64,000 nucleotides of DNA from Candidatus Woesearchaeota archaeon. GTDB taxonomy: Archaea; Nanobdellota; Nanobdellia; Pacearchaeales; GW2011-AR1. The stretch is taken from NCBI GenBank assembly GCA_964606775.1, contig CAZSGW010000001.1, positions 24,002 to 88,001 on the forward strand, given 5' to 3'. Below are positions 28,416 through 38,325 of this stretch, one piece after another. The notes beneath the pieces are model-generated. The model did no database searches, was not told the DNA's origin, and saw only the letters and a list, made by a program, of their open reading frames with translations. How positions within the stretch are numbered: position 1 is the first letter of the stretch; the number at the start of each line of letters is the position of its first letter. The translations under genes and the position numbers were made by a program.

Positions 28416-29870
28416 TTAAGATTTTGGGTTTATCTTTAAAAACTTCCCAATTATTTTCATCGCATCTCCACCAGAGATAGCACCTTTAAACTCTTTCATA
28501 ACCAATCCCATATACGCATTTGGATTCAACCCAGGTTTATCTTTAATTATCTTCATAATCTTCTCCTCAACATCTCCCAAATCCGCTTTCTCAATCTTAA
28601 TTGCATCCTCAAACTTCTTCCCTTCAACCAAAGCGGTCAAAACATCCTTCACATCAGATTCAAAAATTTTCTTTTTATTCAAAGCCAACAAAATATCTCC
28701 ATAATAATCCTCAAGCTTCTTCTCAACCTTGCTCAAATCCTTATCCAACTTAGAAGCAATCTCTTTTGGAAAAAGTAAAAACATCTTCGCAACAAAACTA
28801 ATCGAACCTTCATAAATTCCAATCAAATCCTTAAACTCATCAACCTTCCCCTGTTTCAATAACAACTTAATCATTTCCTGACTCAAACCTTTCTTCTTCA
28901 AATCCTCTTCAATCTCGCCTTTCAACAGAGGTAAATTCTTCTTAACATCATCAATCATCTGTCTAGAAATTTTCAACAAAGGCAAATCTGTTTCTGGATA
29001 CATACGAGCACTTCCAGGCAAAGGCCTCATAAAATCAGTCGTAGCATCAGGATTAACTTTTCTAACTTCCATCTCAACCGGCTTTTTAGAATCACTCAAC
29101 TTAACCTGCCTCTCAATCTCATTCTCAATAGCCTTAACAAAAACTTTCATATCCTGCATCCCTTTAATCTCAACTCTATTCTCTCCTCGAATAGAAACAT
29201 TAACATCCTGTCTAATTGTCCCAATACCTCTACGAACTTTACAACTTCTCAAAATTTCTCCAATCATCAAAGCAACTTCCTTAGCATGTTCAGGGTCCTT
29301 AATATCCGGAGCAGTAACAACCTCCACTAAAGGAATCCCCAATCTATCTAAATTGTAATAAATTTTATCTCCAGAAGCGTTAACCTTCCGAGCAGCATCC
29401 TCTTCAAGATAAATATAACTAATTCCAACTTTCCCTTTAGAAGTCTCCAAATAACCATCTCGAGCAATCAAAACAGTCCTCTGAAAACCCGAAACATTTG
29501 TCCCATCTAAAACAGTCTTCCTCATAATTTGAGTAACAGGCTGAATTTTACAATTCATTAAAAGAGCAATCTGCATTCCAACCCTCAAAGCATCCCGATT
29601 AATTTCATGGGGCGGTTCTTCATCTAATTCAACTAAACAAGAATTTTCATCATGTCCCTGATAAACAAAAATCTTTCCCAAACCAGCCTGAAATTTTGCA
29701 GCAACATCAACTTCCCCAGACTCTCCAGCAACAGCATGTAATTTACGTTCAACAGAAAAATCTGGCTCATCCGACCTCAAAACAGAAGGACAATTACAAA
29801 ACAACTTTCCAGTATCCAACTGCTGATGAATCTCCAACCCAGATTTAAATTTTAATTTTGAATAATCCAT
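28416..29870 (-). CDS. gatE: GatB/GatE-family tRNA-dependent amidotransferase catalytic subunit (GatE-like N-terminus, GatB-like length, with C-terminal GatB/YqeY domain)
   Basis: MDYSKLKFKSGLEIHQQLDTGKLFCNCPS matches the GatE N-terminal signature; the C-terminal ..NAYMGLVMKEFKGAISGGDAMKII.. is a YqeY-like domain. At 484 aa it is shorter than canonical GatE (about 620 aa). GatD is encoded 1.4 kb upstream. Confidence 0.7.
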   Translation of the reverse strand: MDYSKLKFKSGLEIHQQLDTGKLFCNCPSVLRSDEPDFSVERKLHAVAGESGEVDVAAKFQAGLGKIFVYQGHDENSCLVELDEEPPHEINRDALRVGMQIALLMNCKIQPVTQIMRKTVLDGTNVSGFQRTVLIARDGYLETSKGKVGISYIYLEEDAARKVNASGDKIYYNLDRLGIPLVEVVTAPDIKDPEHAKEVALMIGEILRSCKVRRGIGTIRQDVNVSIRGENRVEIKGMQDMKVFVKAIENEIERQVKLSDSKKPVEMEVRKVNPDATTDFMRPLPGSARMYPETDLPLLKISRQMIDDVKKNLPLLKGEIEEDLKKKGLSQEMIKLLLKQGKVDEFKDLIGIYEGSISFVAKMFLLFPKEIASKLDKDLSKVEKKLEDYYGDILLALNKKKIFESDVKDVLTALVEGKKFEDAIKIEKADLGDVEEKIMKIIKDKPGLNPNAYMGLVMKEFKGAISGGDAMKIIGKFLKINPKS

Positions 29871-29924
29871 AAAAGTAAAAAAGAAAAAGCCTTTATAATA
29901 TTTTTCAGAATAGAAATTACTTAA

Positions 29925-30734
29925 TTAAAGCAATAAATCTTTTTCCCTAAATTTAGGAACACTAGAATATAAACTTTCAGTTAAATACATCTGAATTTCA
30001 GAAATTTCGTCGGAAGAGACTAAGTTTTTCAACTTCTTTTTTCCAAGAGGATTTAAGGTAGTAATAACAAGAGAAGGAAGTCCCTCGACAAGCTCCCCAA
30101 AATTAACAATGGAGTAATTATCTGCTCCAATAACGTTTACTTTTTTAAGTTTTTTTAATTTCCTTTTATCCAAAAAATTTATTTTAGCAAAACCATTAGA
30201 CAACTTAAGATTTCCATCTAATGCGTTAACAAAACTACAACCTAAATCAATATACATAATTTTACACTTATCAGAAAAATCTGGCAAAACCCTATAATTT
30301 TGTCTTCTTCCAATAACATCCGAAACTTCTAAGCTATTCAGGTAAACTTTTTCTTCATTAATTTTTTTCAAAGCATGTTCATCTAAACTAGAATCTTCTT
30401 TTTGTATTTTAGAAATAAAATAGGACTTTCTTCCAGAATGTTCTCTCACATCACTCCCACAATTCACAAAATTCAAATTTCCATTTTCATTCAATAAAAC
30501 AAAATATTTTGAGGTAGCCAATCCCATTTTACGAACCAATTCAAAAGTCGTCGCCTCATAAAAAGGCTGATTTTCTGGAACAAAACTCGAAGGCGCCCTG
30601 ATATTAGAACCAATACAATATTTGAAATATCCTTCAAATTTATTTTTCCCATCGTTAAAAATACAATTACCTCCAGGGTTTCCGCCCTTTCTTTCACTAG
30701 TTATTTTAATTTCCAAATTCCGCATAAAATCCAA
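29925..30734 (-). CDS. Hypothetical protein (269 aa) embedded in the gatD..gatE..aspS..asnS gene string
   Basis: Complete ORF with no recognised motifs. Confidence 0.45.
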   Translation of the reverse strand: MDFMRNLEIKITSERKGGNPGGNCIFNDGKNKFEGYFKYCIGSNIRAPSSFVPENQPFYEATTFELVRKMGLATSKYFVLLNENGNLNFVNCGSDVREHSGRKSYFISKIQKEDSSLDEHALKKINEEKVYLNSLEVSDVIGRRQNYRVLPDFSDKCKIMYIDLGCSFVNALDGNLKLSNGFAKINFLDKRKLKKLKKVNVIGADNYSIVNFGELVEGLPSLVITTLNPLGKKKLKNLVSSDEISEIQMYLTESLYSSVPKFREKDLLL

Positions 30735-30830
30735 AACAAATAAGAATATATAAACCTTTCCTTTATGTAACTTAATAATAGTTACAAATTACCTAAAAAA
30801 CTTTATAATCTAACAAAACGTAAAACAAAT

Positions 30831-31247
30831 ATGAAAAAGAAGGTGGTAAAAAAGTCGAATGAAAAAAAGGGGCTAATCCATAAAATAACGCATCCAAATA
30901 TTCTTCCGAGAACCTTTGGAGAAAAAGCATCAGACAAATTAACCAGCGTTGCAGGTAGTTGGGGATTTATATTGTTTTTCGCAGGATTTCTAATATTATG
31001 GATGATACTAAACACCTCCTGGCTAATATTCGGAAAAGCATGGGACCCAAGACCCTTCATACTCCTAAACCTAATTTTATCTTGTCTAGCAGCATTTCAA
31101 GCACCAATAATTTTAATGAGTCAAAACAGACAAGCAAAAAAAGACCGGCTAAGGGCAGAATACGACTACGCGGTAAACAGAAAATCAGCAAGGGAAATTG
31201 AAGCACTTCAAAAACAACTCAATAGAATTGAAAGAAAACTAAAATAA
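30831..31247 (+). CDS. DUF1003 family membrane protein
   Basis: ..WDPRPFILLNLILSCLAAFQAPIILMSQNRQAKKDR.. matches the conserved DUF1003 core. Confidence 0.65.
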   Translation: MKKKVVKKSNEKKGLIHKITHPNILPRTFGEKASDKLTSVAGSWGFILFFAGFLILWMILNTSWLIFGKAWDPRPFILLNLILSCLAAFQAPIILMSQNRQAKKDRLRAEYDYAVNRKSAREIEALQKQLNRIERKLK

Positions 31248-32534
31248 TTATTCTAACAACCTATCATTAAACTCACCAGAAATATTTTCTAACATTTTTT
31301 CTTTAACATCCCAATCCGAGTGTCCTAAAACCCATCCCAATTTTACTAAGGCAGTTTCACTAAGCATATCCTCTAAGAAAATCAACCCAGTTTTCTCTAA
31401 CTCCCTTCCAGCAGAATAAACCAAAGGATCAACCCTTCCAAAAATACACTGGGAGGTCCCACAAACTACCAAGCCTTTATCCATAACTTCCTTCAATTTA
31501 CGAGTCCAAGAATTCCTAGATTCCGAAGTTGCAACATGACCTAACCCAGTCATTTCAATAACCAGTCCTTTATACTTATTCTTAACATAATAATCCAAAA
31601 TCGAAGGGTCTTGCCCAGGATAAAATTTTAACAACCCGACCTTTTCCTCAAACTTAGAATCACATTTAACTTTCTCCTTGTTCCTTAAATTACTTGTGCC
31701 CTTTAGAGTATAATCAGAAATTTTTTCTATTTTATTGCCTTCAGATGCAGAATAAATCTTTGCAAAAGGTTTATCATTAACAACCTTAAATGCATCTCTC
31801 CTAGAAGTATGCATCTTCTTAACTTTAGTCCCAGGCATAGCATGACAATGATCGTCGTCAGAATTAGCATGGCCAACCAACATAACTTCCGCAATATCAG
31901 AAATAGCCGCCAAAGCAGAACACTTTAAATTCAAATTCGCATCCGACGAAGCTCTATCAATACTCCTCTGAGAATAAGTAAGAACTACTGGCTTATTCAA
32001 CTTCCCAAGAAAAAAACTCAAAGCCACAGAAGTATAATGCAAAATATCCGTCCCATGTGTCACAATAACTCCTTCAATATCCGAATCATTCAAAAAACCC
32101 TCAACAATCTTCGCAATTTTTTTCCAATCTTTAAAATCCATATTTTCAGAACCTTTCATAAACGGAACCTCAACTTTTGAAACATTAACAACATCAAACA
32201 TTTCAGGATAAAATTTAAACAAACTTTCAGGAGAATCAAGCCATTTCACAGCGCCAGTCTTAGAATCATAACGGGAAGCAATTGTCCCTCCAGTAATAAC
32301 CATCGCAACATTAGGCTTAGAAGAATCTTTCTTAACTTCAATACCTCCCTTAACATCTTTCGCCTTTTCCAAAACCTTAATCTCAACAACTTCTTTTTTC
32401 TTCAGACCAATATTATAACCAGTTCCCAACTTCAATAAAACATAATCTTTCTCAGAACTCTCTAAAAGAACACCTTCATAAACTGTCTTCATTAAATGAA
32501 CTTCAACTAAATCTCCAGGATTTGCATTTTTCAT
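31248..32534 (-). CDS. gatD: Glu-tRNA(Gln) amidotransferase subunit D (asparaginase-like)
   Basis: N-terminal GatD-specific domain plus the asparaginase signatures VITGGTIAS and VTHGTDIL; 428 aa. Confidence 0.8.
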   Translation of the reverse strand: MKNANPGDLVEVHLMKTVYEGVLLESSEKDYVLLKLGTGYNIGLKKKEVVEIKVLEKAKDVKGGIEVKKDSSKPNVAMVITGGTIASRYDSKTGAVKWLDSPESLFKFYPEMFDVVNVSKVEVPFMKGSENMDFKDWKKIAKIVEGFLNDSDIEGVIVTHGTDILHYTSVALSFFLGKLNKPVVLTYSQRSIDRASSDANLNLKCSALAAISDIAEVMLVGHANSDDDHCHAMPGTKVKKMHTSRRDAFKVVNDKPFAKIYSASEGNKIEKISDYTLKGTSNLRNKEKVKCDSKFEEKVGLLKFYPGQDPSILDYYVKNKYKGLVIEMTGLGHVATSESRNSWTRKLKEVMDKGLVVCGTSQCIFGRVDPLVYSAGRELEKTGLIFLEDMLSETALVKLGWVLGHSDWDVKEKMLENISGEFNDRLLE

Positions 32535-32571
32535 GTATTAAAAAATAAGAACAACATTAAAAACTTGTTGG

Positions 32572-32820
32572 TTAAGGTTTAATATTTTCCCTAATTTCAA
32601 TAGCTTTTTCTAAATTTGAAATTGCCGACTTAAAATTTTTCAAAACTTCTTCGTCCTTCTTAACTAATTTTTTAGGAACCGAATCAAGAATAGAATACCA
32701 TTCCTCAAGCTTCCCATTTAATTGAGATGCATGAGATTCCGGACTAAACGAAATAATATATTTAGCAAGATCATACGATTTCATAAAACTCAAAACTTGT
32801 TTAGACCCATATTTTGCCAT
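32572..32820 (-). CDS. Small hypothetical protein (82 aa)
   Basis: Complete ORF; no motif. Confidence 0.35.
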   Translation of the reverse strand: MAKYGSKQVLSFMKSYDLAKYIISFSPESHASQLNGKLEEWYSILDSVPKKLVKKDEEVLKNFKSAISNLEKAIEIRENIKP

Positions 32821-32859
32821 AAAAAAATAACTTAAAAACTATTTATAAAAATTTATATC

Positions 32860-33984
32860 TTACACAACAGCCAACCAAATCTCCCGAACAACTCCTGCAA
32901 TAAAAATTAAACTCAATAACGTAATTATAAGCCAATTAAGAGGGATAGAATATTTAGGTTTCAAATCTCCATTTTTCTTAGCTTTCCTAACCATAAATAA
33001 AGTTAATACTGCAACCAGTCCTCCCGAAACAACTCCTCCTATTGAGAGTATCTTTGTAAAAGAAAAAAAATCAAAAGACTGAACAATCAAAAAAAGAACT
33101 ATTGGAAAAATAGCGGAAAAAAACCAAGCTTTTTGATGTTTAAATTTTCTATCAAATAAGAATCCTTCCTCAAGAGCATTTCCTAAAGCTAAATATGAAG
33201 TGAACATAGTAAATATCCCCAGAAAAATAAAAATGGGTCCAAGTGCGAGTGTTGCAACATTGGGAGTATCCAATCCCTTAAAGCTTACAACAGCAAAAGT
33301 AAAAAGAATATAAAAAAGAACAGAAACAATAGAACCTGTCCATAAAATACGTTTCATAAGTTTCCTCTTCTTACCTAAAACAAAATTAACCTCGGGAATT
33401 GCATGAAATGAAAGCATCGCAAATAAAACAACTCCAAACGGCAAAAACATTTTATCCAAATTAAAATAAAACAAATTTGCCATATGAAAATCCTTAAAGA
33501 AGATAAACAAAATAACAATTAATAAAACAAGTATGGCTGTAACCCCCCACCTCTCAAATCTTTTTAAAGATGTTATTCCACTCCATAAAAGTCCAGACAT
33601 TAAAACTCCAAAAAAAACTCCAAATATAATATGCTGTCCTGCCCCTCCTGTAATCAAAAAACTCAAACTTTCTCCCACTCCAGTCATATATGCAATCAAA
33701 GCAGAATAAATACCAAATAAAACAGCAAAAGACATTAATCTCTTACCCTTCTTACCTAAATACCTTTCAGCATAACCTGTTAACTGGTGTTTCTTTTTAG
33801 TTCTAATAATCACCTCTCCAAGATAAAGATTAATTGTTAAGATAATTGCTCCAACTATCAAGATGTATGCAAGAGCAATTAAAAAACCAGATTGTGCAGC
33901 AACATACGGAATACCCAAAACTCCTGCACCAATACACGTCCCAATAAGTATGGAAGTTCCAGTCAAATACTTTTTATTCACCAT
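32860..33984 (-). CDS. Amino acid permease (Aa_trans/aromatic amino acid transporter-like)
   Basis: 11 TM helices; the N-terminus ..GTSILIGTCIGAGVLGIPYVAAQSG is typical of Trp/Tyr-type permeases. Confidence 0.55.
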   Translation of the reverse strand: MVNKKYLTGTSILIGTCIGAGVLGIPYVAAQSGFLIALAYILIVGAIILTINLYLGEVIIRTKKKHQLTGYAERYLGKKGKRLMSFAVLFGIYSALIAYMTGVGESLSFLITGGAGQHIIFGVFFGVLMSGLLWSGITSLKRFERWGVTAILVLLIVILFIFFKDFHMANLFYFNLDKMFLPFGVVLFAMLSFHAIPEVNFVLGKKRKLMKRILWTGSIVSVLFYILFTFAVVSFKGLDTPNVATLALGPIFIFLGIFTMFTSYLALGNALEEGFLFDRKFKHQKAWFFSAIFPIVLFLIVQSFDFFSFTKILSIGGVVSGGLVAVLTLFMVRKAKKNGDLKPKYSIPLNWLIITLLSLIFIAGVVREIWLAVV

Positions 33985-34028
33985 CTTTTATACTTAATAA
34001 ATTCAAACAATTATAAAGTTATTGTGAA

Positions 34029-34100
34029 CGGGCGTACGAGGAATCGAACCTCGACTTACAGGGCCGAAACCTGTCGTTCTATCCGTTGAACTATACGCCC
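34029..34100 (-). tRNA. tRNA-Arg (anticodon TCG)
   Basis: Minus strand: GGGCGUA acceptor, anticodon loop UUUCGGC, T-arm CGAGG-TTCGATT-CCTCG. Confidence 0.8.
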
Positions 34101-34155
34101 ACAAAAATAAATAATAAAAAACCTTTTTATAGTTTAAGTTTCTCGTAAAATAGAA

Positions 34156-35010
34156 ATGGGGTTGAAAAAACACCACAAATGGGTGATAGGAGGTTTTAGT
34201 TCTCTTGTAATTATTTATATAATTGTGAGTGCCATTTTATTAAACGGAATAATCGTCAAACAAACCATAAACCACCATCAACTACAAAATGAAATAGAAG
34301 AACTAAAAATAGACACTTCTACAAAAATAAACGAGCTAAGTAATACGCTCCTCGAAACAAAAACAGAGGTAAAGAAAAGCAAAAAAGATATCTCCTTATT
34401 AAAGGCATCTGCAAGTGAAGGATTTTCAGATATAATTGAGGAGTCAATTGAATCAGTAGTCACAATAAAAACAGATTTTGGACAAGGAACCGGATTCGTA
34501 ATTCAAAAAGAAGGATTCATAATAACAAACGCACACGTTCTAACTGATTATACAGGATACCTTGCACCAAAAATAAATGCCTTGACATACAAACAAGAAT
34601 CACTTCCAGCAAATTTTATAGGCTATAATGCAAAATTGGATCTGGCATTACTAAAAGTCGATGAAACTTTCGATGCATTAGAATTAGAAAACTCTGAAGA
34701 AATTAAAATTGGTGAAAAAGTAATCGCAATAGGAAATCCCTTGGGACTACAATTCTCAGTCTCAGAAGGAATAGTTTCGGCAGTACATCGAAGAGGACTA
34801 AACAATTTAGAAGCATACATTCAAACCGATACAGCACTAAACCCTGGGAACTCTGGAGGACCACTAATAAACAAAGAAGGAAAAGTAATCGGAATAAATA
34901 ATTTCAAAGTAGGAGGAGAAAATTTAGGCTTTGCTCTAGAATCAAATTATGTTAAAGATGCAATTAATGAAATTTCAGAGAAAACTTTGAATCAAAGTTT
35001 ATTAGGTTGA
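34156..35010 (+). CDS. Membrane-anchored trypsin-like serine protease (S1C/HtrA core without PDZ)
   Basis: N-terminal TM plus coiled coil; the catalytic motifs TNAHV (His), DLALLK (Asp) and GNSGGPL (Ser). Confidence 0.75.
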   Translation: MGLKKHHKWVIGGFSSLVIIYIIVSAILLNGIIVKQTINHHQLQNEIEELKIDTSTKINELSNTLLETKTEVKKSKKDISLLKASASEGFSDIIEESIESVVTIKTDFGQGTGFVIQKEGFIITNAHVLTDYTGYLAPKINALTYKQESLPANFIGYNAKLDLALLKVDETFDALELENSEEIKIGEKVIAIGNPLGLQFSVSEGIVSAVHRRGLNNLEAYIQTDTALNPGNSGGPLINKEGKVIGINNFKVGGENLGFALESNYVKDAINEISEKTLNQSLLG

Positions 35011-35068
35011 TTAATTTGTTTAATTCAAACAAATAAATTCTTATAAATGAAAAAGAAATAAGTATTTT

Positions 35069-35401
35069 ATGAAAAAATTAGTAAATAAATTACTCTCTGA
35101 GGGAGAAGTAGATTTATTCAGAGAAAAAAGTAGAGACCTTCCTTCTGAAGAAAAAGAAATTTTATTCAAAAGAGTAGGCGCAAAAATACTTGAAGGAAAA
35201 GTGAATAAAGTTATAACAATAAATCTCTATCATGAAGTTGACCCATTAGATAATAACGGAAACATAATCCCTAATGAAACTGATTGTTATGAATCAGAAG
35301 AAGTATATAGAATTCCATATACAGAAAATAAAAAATTATTAAACAAAGTTTTCAAGATTGCAAAAGAAAAAATACATTCATACAATGCAAATAGAGTTTA
35401 A
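35069..35401 (+). CDS. Hypothetical protein (110 aa)
   Basis: Complete ORF; no motif. Confidence 0.35.
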   Translation: MKKLVNKLLSEGEVDLFREKSRDLPSEEKEILFKRVGAKILEGKVNKVITINLYHEVDPLDNNGNIIPNETDCYESEEVYRIPYTENKKLLNKVFKIAKEKIHSYNANRV

Positions 35402-35446
35402 TAAACCAAACATTAATTTAATAAATCTATTTTATTTCTATAAAAC

Positions 35447-36886
35447 ATGGCAAAAAAATCTCAAGAAGGAATCACAATAAAAAAAGAGGAAAACTTCACG
35501 GAATGGTTTACTCAATTAATGATTAAAGCTGAACTTGCAGATTACTCTTCTGTTTCTGGTTGCATAATTTTTAGACCAAGAGCATATAAACTTTGGGAAA
35601 AAATAAAACAATCTTGTGACGAAGAATTCAAAAAAATTGGAGTAGAGAATTGCTACTTTCCATTATTCATTCCAGAAAAATCTTTCGAAAGAGAGAAAAA
35701 ACACGTTGAAGGATTTGCACCAGAAGTAGCATGGGTGACTCAAGCAGGGAAAACAAAACTAAACGAAAAACTTGCAGTCCGTCCAACATCCGAAGCAATA
35801 ATGTATGAATCGTACTCAAAATGGATAAGAAGTTGGAGAGACTTGCCTTTATTACTAAACCAATGGAATAATGTAGTTCGTTGGGAATTTAACAACCCAG
35901 TTCCATTTTTTAGAACAAGAGAATTTCTATGGAACGAAATGCACACAGCATTTGCAACAGAAAAAGAAGCATTAGATCACGGAAAAAAAGTCATGAAAGC
36001 GTACCATAAAATAACTGAGAAAATAATGGGGCTTCCAGGAATCTACGGAAGAAAAACCGAAAATGAAAAATTCGCAGGAGCAGAATTCACTGAAAAAACA
36101 CATCACTACTTGCCAAACGGAAGGATAATCGAAGGGACTTGTTTTCATTATGACGGACAGAACTTTTCAAAAGCATACGGAATAAAATTCTTAGACCAAG
36201 AAGAAAAAGAACAAGCAGTTTTCCAAAACACCCATGCAATTTCAACAAGAATGCTTGGAACAATGTTCGCTATGCATTCAGACAACTCTGGTTTAGTAAT
36301 ACCTCCAAAAATAGCAGAAAACAAAGTTGCAATAATCCCTCTATTATTCAAAGGGAAAGAGAAAAAAGTTTTAGAAGAAGCAGAAAAAATAAAGAAAGAA
36401 CTAAAATCATTAAACCCAATTTTAGACGCTCGTGAAGATTACTCTCCTGGATGGAAATACTCTGAGTGGGAACTAAAAGGAATCCCCTTAAGAATAGAAA
36501 TCGGTCCAAGAGATTTAGAAAACAAATCTGTAATGATCAAAACAAGAATTGGAAAAGAAAAACAACAAATAAAAATCAAAGATTTGAAAAAAGAAATTCC
36601 AAAAATTCTTGACAAAATGCAAGAAGAACTTTACAAAAGTGCAGAAAAAGAATTAGAAAACTCAATTACAGAAACAACAGACAAAAAAGAATTAATTCAA
36701 TTCATCAAAAACAAAAAAATGGTTAAAGTCCCATTATGTAATTCAAAAAAAGCCGAAGAGCAATTAAAATCAGAAACAGGTGGAGCAAAAACTTTATTCA
36801 TCGATTCTAAAAAAATCGAGGATGAAAAATGCATAATCACAGGAAACAAAGCAGACTACTGGGTTTATGTTGGTAAAACATACTAA
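35447..36886 (+). CDS. proS: Prolyl-tRNA synthetase, archaeal/eukaryotic type
   Basis: Class IIa motifs with the archaeal-type C-terminal extension ending in Tyr (..YWVYVGKTY); 479 aa. Confidence 0.9.
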   Translation: MAKKSQEGITIKKEENFTEWFTQLMIKAELADYSSVSGCIIFRPRAYKLWEKIKQSCDEEFKKIGVENCYFPLFIPEKSFEREKKHVEGFAPEVAWVTQAGKTKLNEKLAVRPTSEAIMYESYSKWIRSWRDLPLLLNQWNNVVRWEFNNPVPFFRTREFLWNEMHTAFATEKEALDHGKKVMKAYHKITEKIMGLPGIYGRKTENEKFAGAEFTEKTHHYLPNGRIIEGTCFHYDGQNFSKAYGIKFLDQEEKEQAVFQNTHAISTRMLGTMFAMHSDNSGLVIPPKIAENKVAIIPLLFKGKEKKVLEEAEKIKKELKSLNPILDAREDYSPGWKYSEWELKGIPLRIEIGPRDLENKSVMIKTRIGKEKQQIKIKDLKKEIPKILDKMQEELYKSAEKELENSITETTDKKELIQFIKNKKMVKVPLCNSKKAEEQLKSETGGAKTLFIDSKKIEDEKCIITGNKADYWVYVGKTY

Positions 36887-36930
36887 AAAACATATTAACA
36901 AATATGAGAAAGGGTAAAAAATAAGACACC

Positions 36931-37041
36931 TTAGTTCTGTACCATTGCACAATTCAATTCTTCCTCAAGCCTTAGAGTTACTTCTAACAAATAACTCAAT
37001 TCCTTGTCGAGGTTTTCTTTTTCCATCTCTTTGTTTTCCAT
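36931..37041 (-). CDS. Possible 36-aa helical micro-ORF (MENKEMEKENLDKELSYLLEVTLRLEEELNCAMVQN) in an otherwise unexplained 385-bp convergent gap
   Basis: Complete ATG..TAA ORF; very weak support. Confidence 0.15.
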   Translation of the reverse strand: MENKEMEKENLDKELSYLLEVTLRLEEELNCAMVQN

Positions 37042-37271
37042 TTTACGGATTTAATTTTCGAGTAGGTTGCCCAAATTTTTGAAGAACTATTACCTTCTTA
37101 ATTCAAGCGGGTTTAACTCGAACTAATTAAAGGTATTTAATAGAGCTAATAAAGACTAAAATAGATGAGTTCTTCCAACACATATTCTTTAGTCCTTCAG
37201 CCATGTAAAATAAAAGTCTCTTTTCTTTTTAAGAGTTTCTATATTTATTTCTTAGTAAAGAGTAGTAAAAG

Positions 37272-38303
37272 TTACTCGATTTTCTCCCTCAAGAAATTCT
37301 CAAATCTCTCCAAATCTTTTTTCATAATTCTTGCCCCAATCGCTCTTTCATGTCCTCCTCCTTTTGCGTTTTCAAATTCAGGCAAAACTTGTTTCAAAAT
37401 TTTCAAAACATTTTCTCCTCTTCCCGAAAGATTAACATTTCCCTGAGAAATATAACCAACAAAAATAGTTTTATCGGGATATAGATATTTCAGATGATTA
37501 GAAACCTCGGAACTCATACTCGTATCTCCTCCATAAGTAAAAAAGAGTAATTGAGAATCTGTAACATTTTCCTTAGCCTTATTCAACAATTTATTGATTT
37601 TCTTTTCTAATTCCTTAAACCTCTCATACATCTCCTCATTTTTCGAAGACTCCTCTAAAATTTCATAAGGGGTTTTAACAGCAGATAAAAACTTTATCAT
37701 CTTCAAAACATTTGTAGTTTTATCCTTTAATCCGAAAGCAAAAATCTGTGCAATCTTTCCCAATTGAGAATTATAATAAATCTCTGTTGCATCATCAGAA
37801 TCTATAGACAAATCAGGAAATTCATCTTTCACATCTTGCCAAAAGTCTGGAACATATTTATCTGAAACACATCCAACAACTGCCAACCAATCATCTCTCT
37901 CAACAACTTGATGACACAAATAAGTTACGGGTTCATTATTCTTATCTTCATTTAACAGAGGATTATAATAATTAACATAATCTGGAAGTTTCTCTTTTTC
38001 AAGTGCATGGTGGTCTATCCAGACAATAGGAATATTAAACTTTTCAAGTTCTCTAAAGAACTCGGGAGTTATCTCAGGAACATCCAAAACAAAAATATAA
38101 TCCGGAGATAATTCATTCACCTTCCGAAAATATCCTTCGTCCATTGGAGAACTTTTCACTGCAACCGCTTTCCCTCTCCCAAGATACCTCTGCAAAAGTA
38201 AAAAACTACAAAGCCCATCCTGATCATTATCAAAGAAGAACAAAGGATTTTGAGCATTATTCAAATGTTCCCTAATTTCACTAATTTGTTTTTTATTCAA
38301 CAT
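37272..38303 (-). CDS. DHH-DHHA1 phosphoesterase, second copy (RecJ/NrnA-like)
   Basis: FFFDNDQDGLCS (DHH) and KGGGHERAIGA (DHHA1). The start is placed at the internal Met (MLNKKQ..); the 33-aa extension in the ORF track overlaps the upstream gene. Confidence 0.7.
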   Translation of the reverse strand: MLNKKQISEIREHLNNAQNPLFFFDNDQDGLCSFLLLQRYLGRGKAVAVKSSPMDEGYFRKVNELSPDYIFVLDVPEITPEFFRELEKFNIPIVWIDHHALEKEKLPDYVNYYNPLLNEDKNNEPVTYLCHQVVERDDWLAVVGCVSDKYVPDFWQDVKDEFPDLSIDSDDATEIYYNSQLGKIAQIFAFGLKDKTTNVLKMIKFLSAVKTPYEILEESSKNEEMYERFKELEKKINKLLNKAKENVTDSQLLFFTYGGDTSMSSEVSNHLKYLYPDKTIFVGYISQGNVNLSGRGENVLKILKQVLPEFENAKGGGHERAIGARIMKKDLERFENFLREKIE

Positions 38304-38325
38304 TTTAAAATAAGAAATATATAAT

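Noticed and set aside
37165-37446. Plus-strand 93-aa ORF
   Set aside because: Overlaps the 3' end of the DHH phosphoesterase gene on the opposite strand and is low complexity. However, the upstream 36887..37271 gap is flagged separately.
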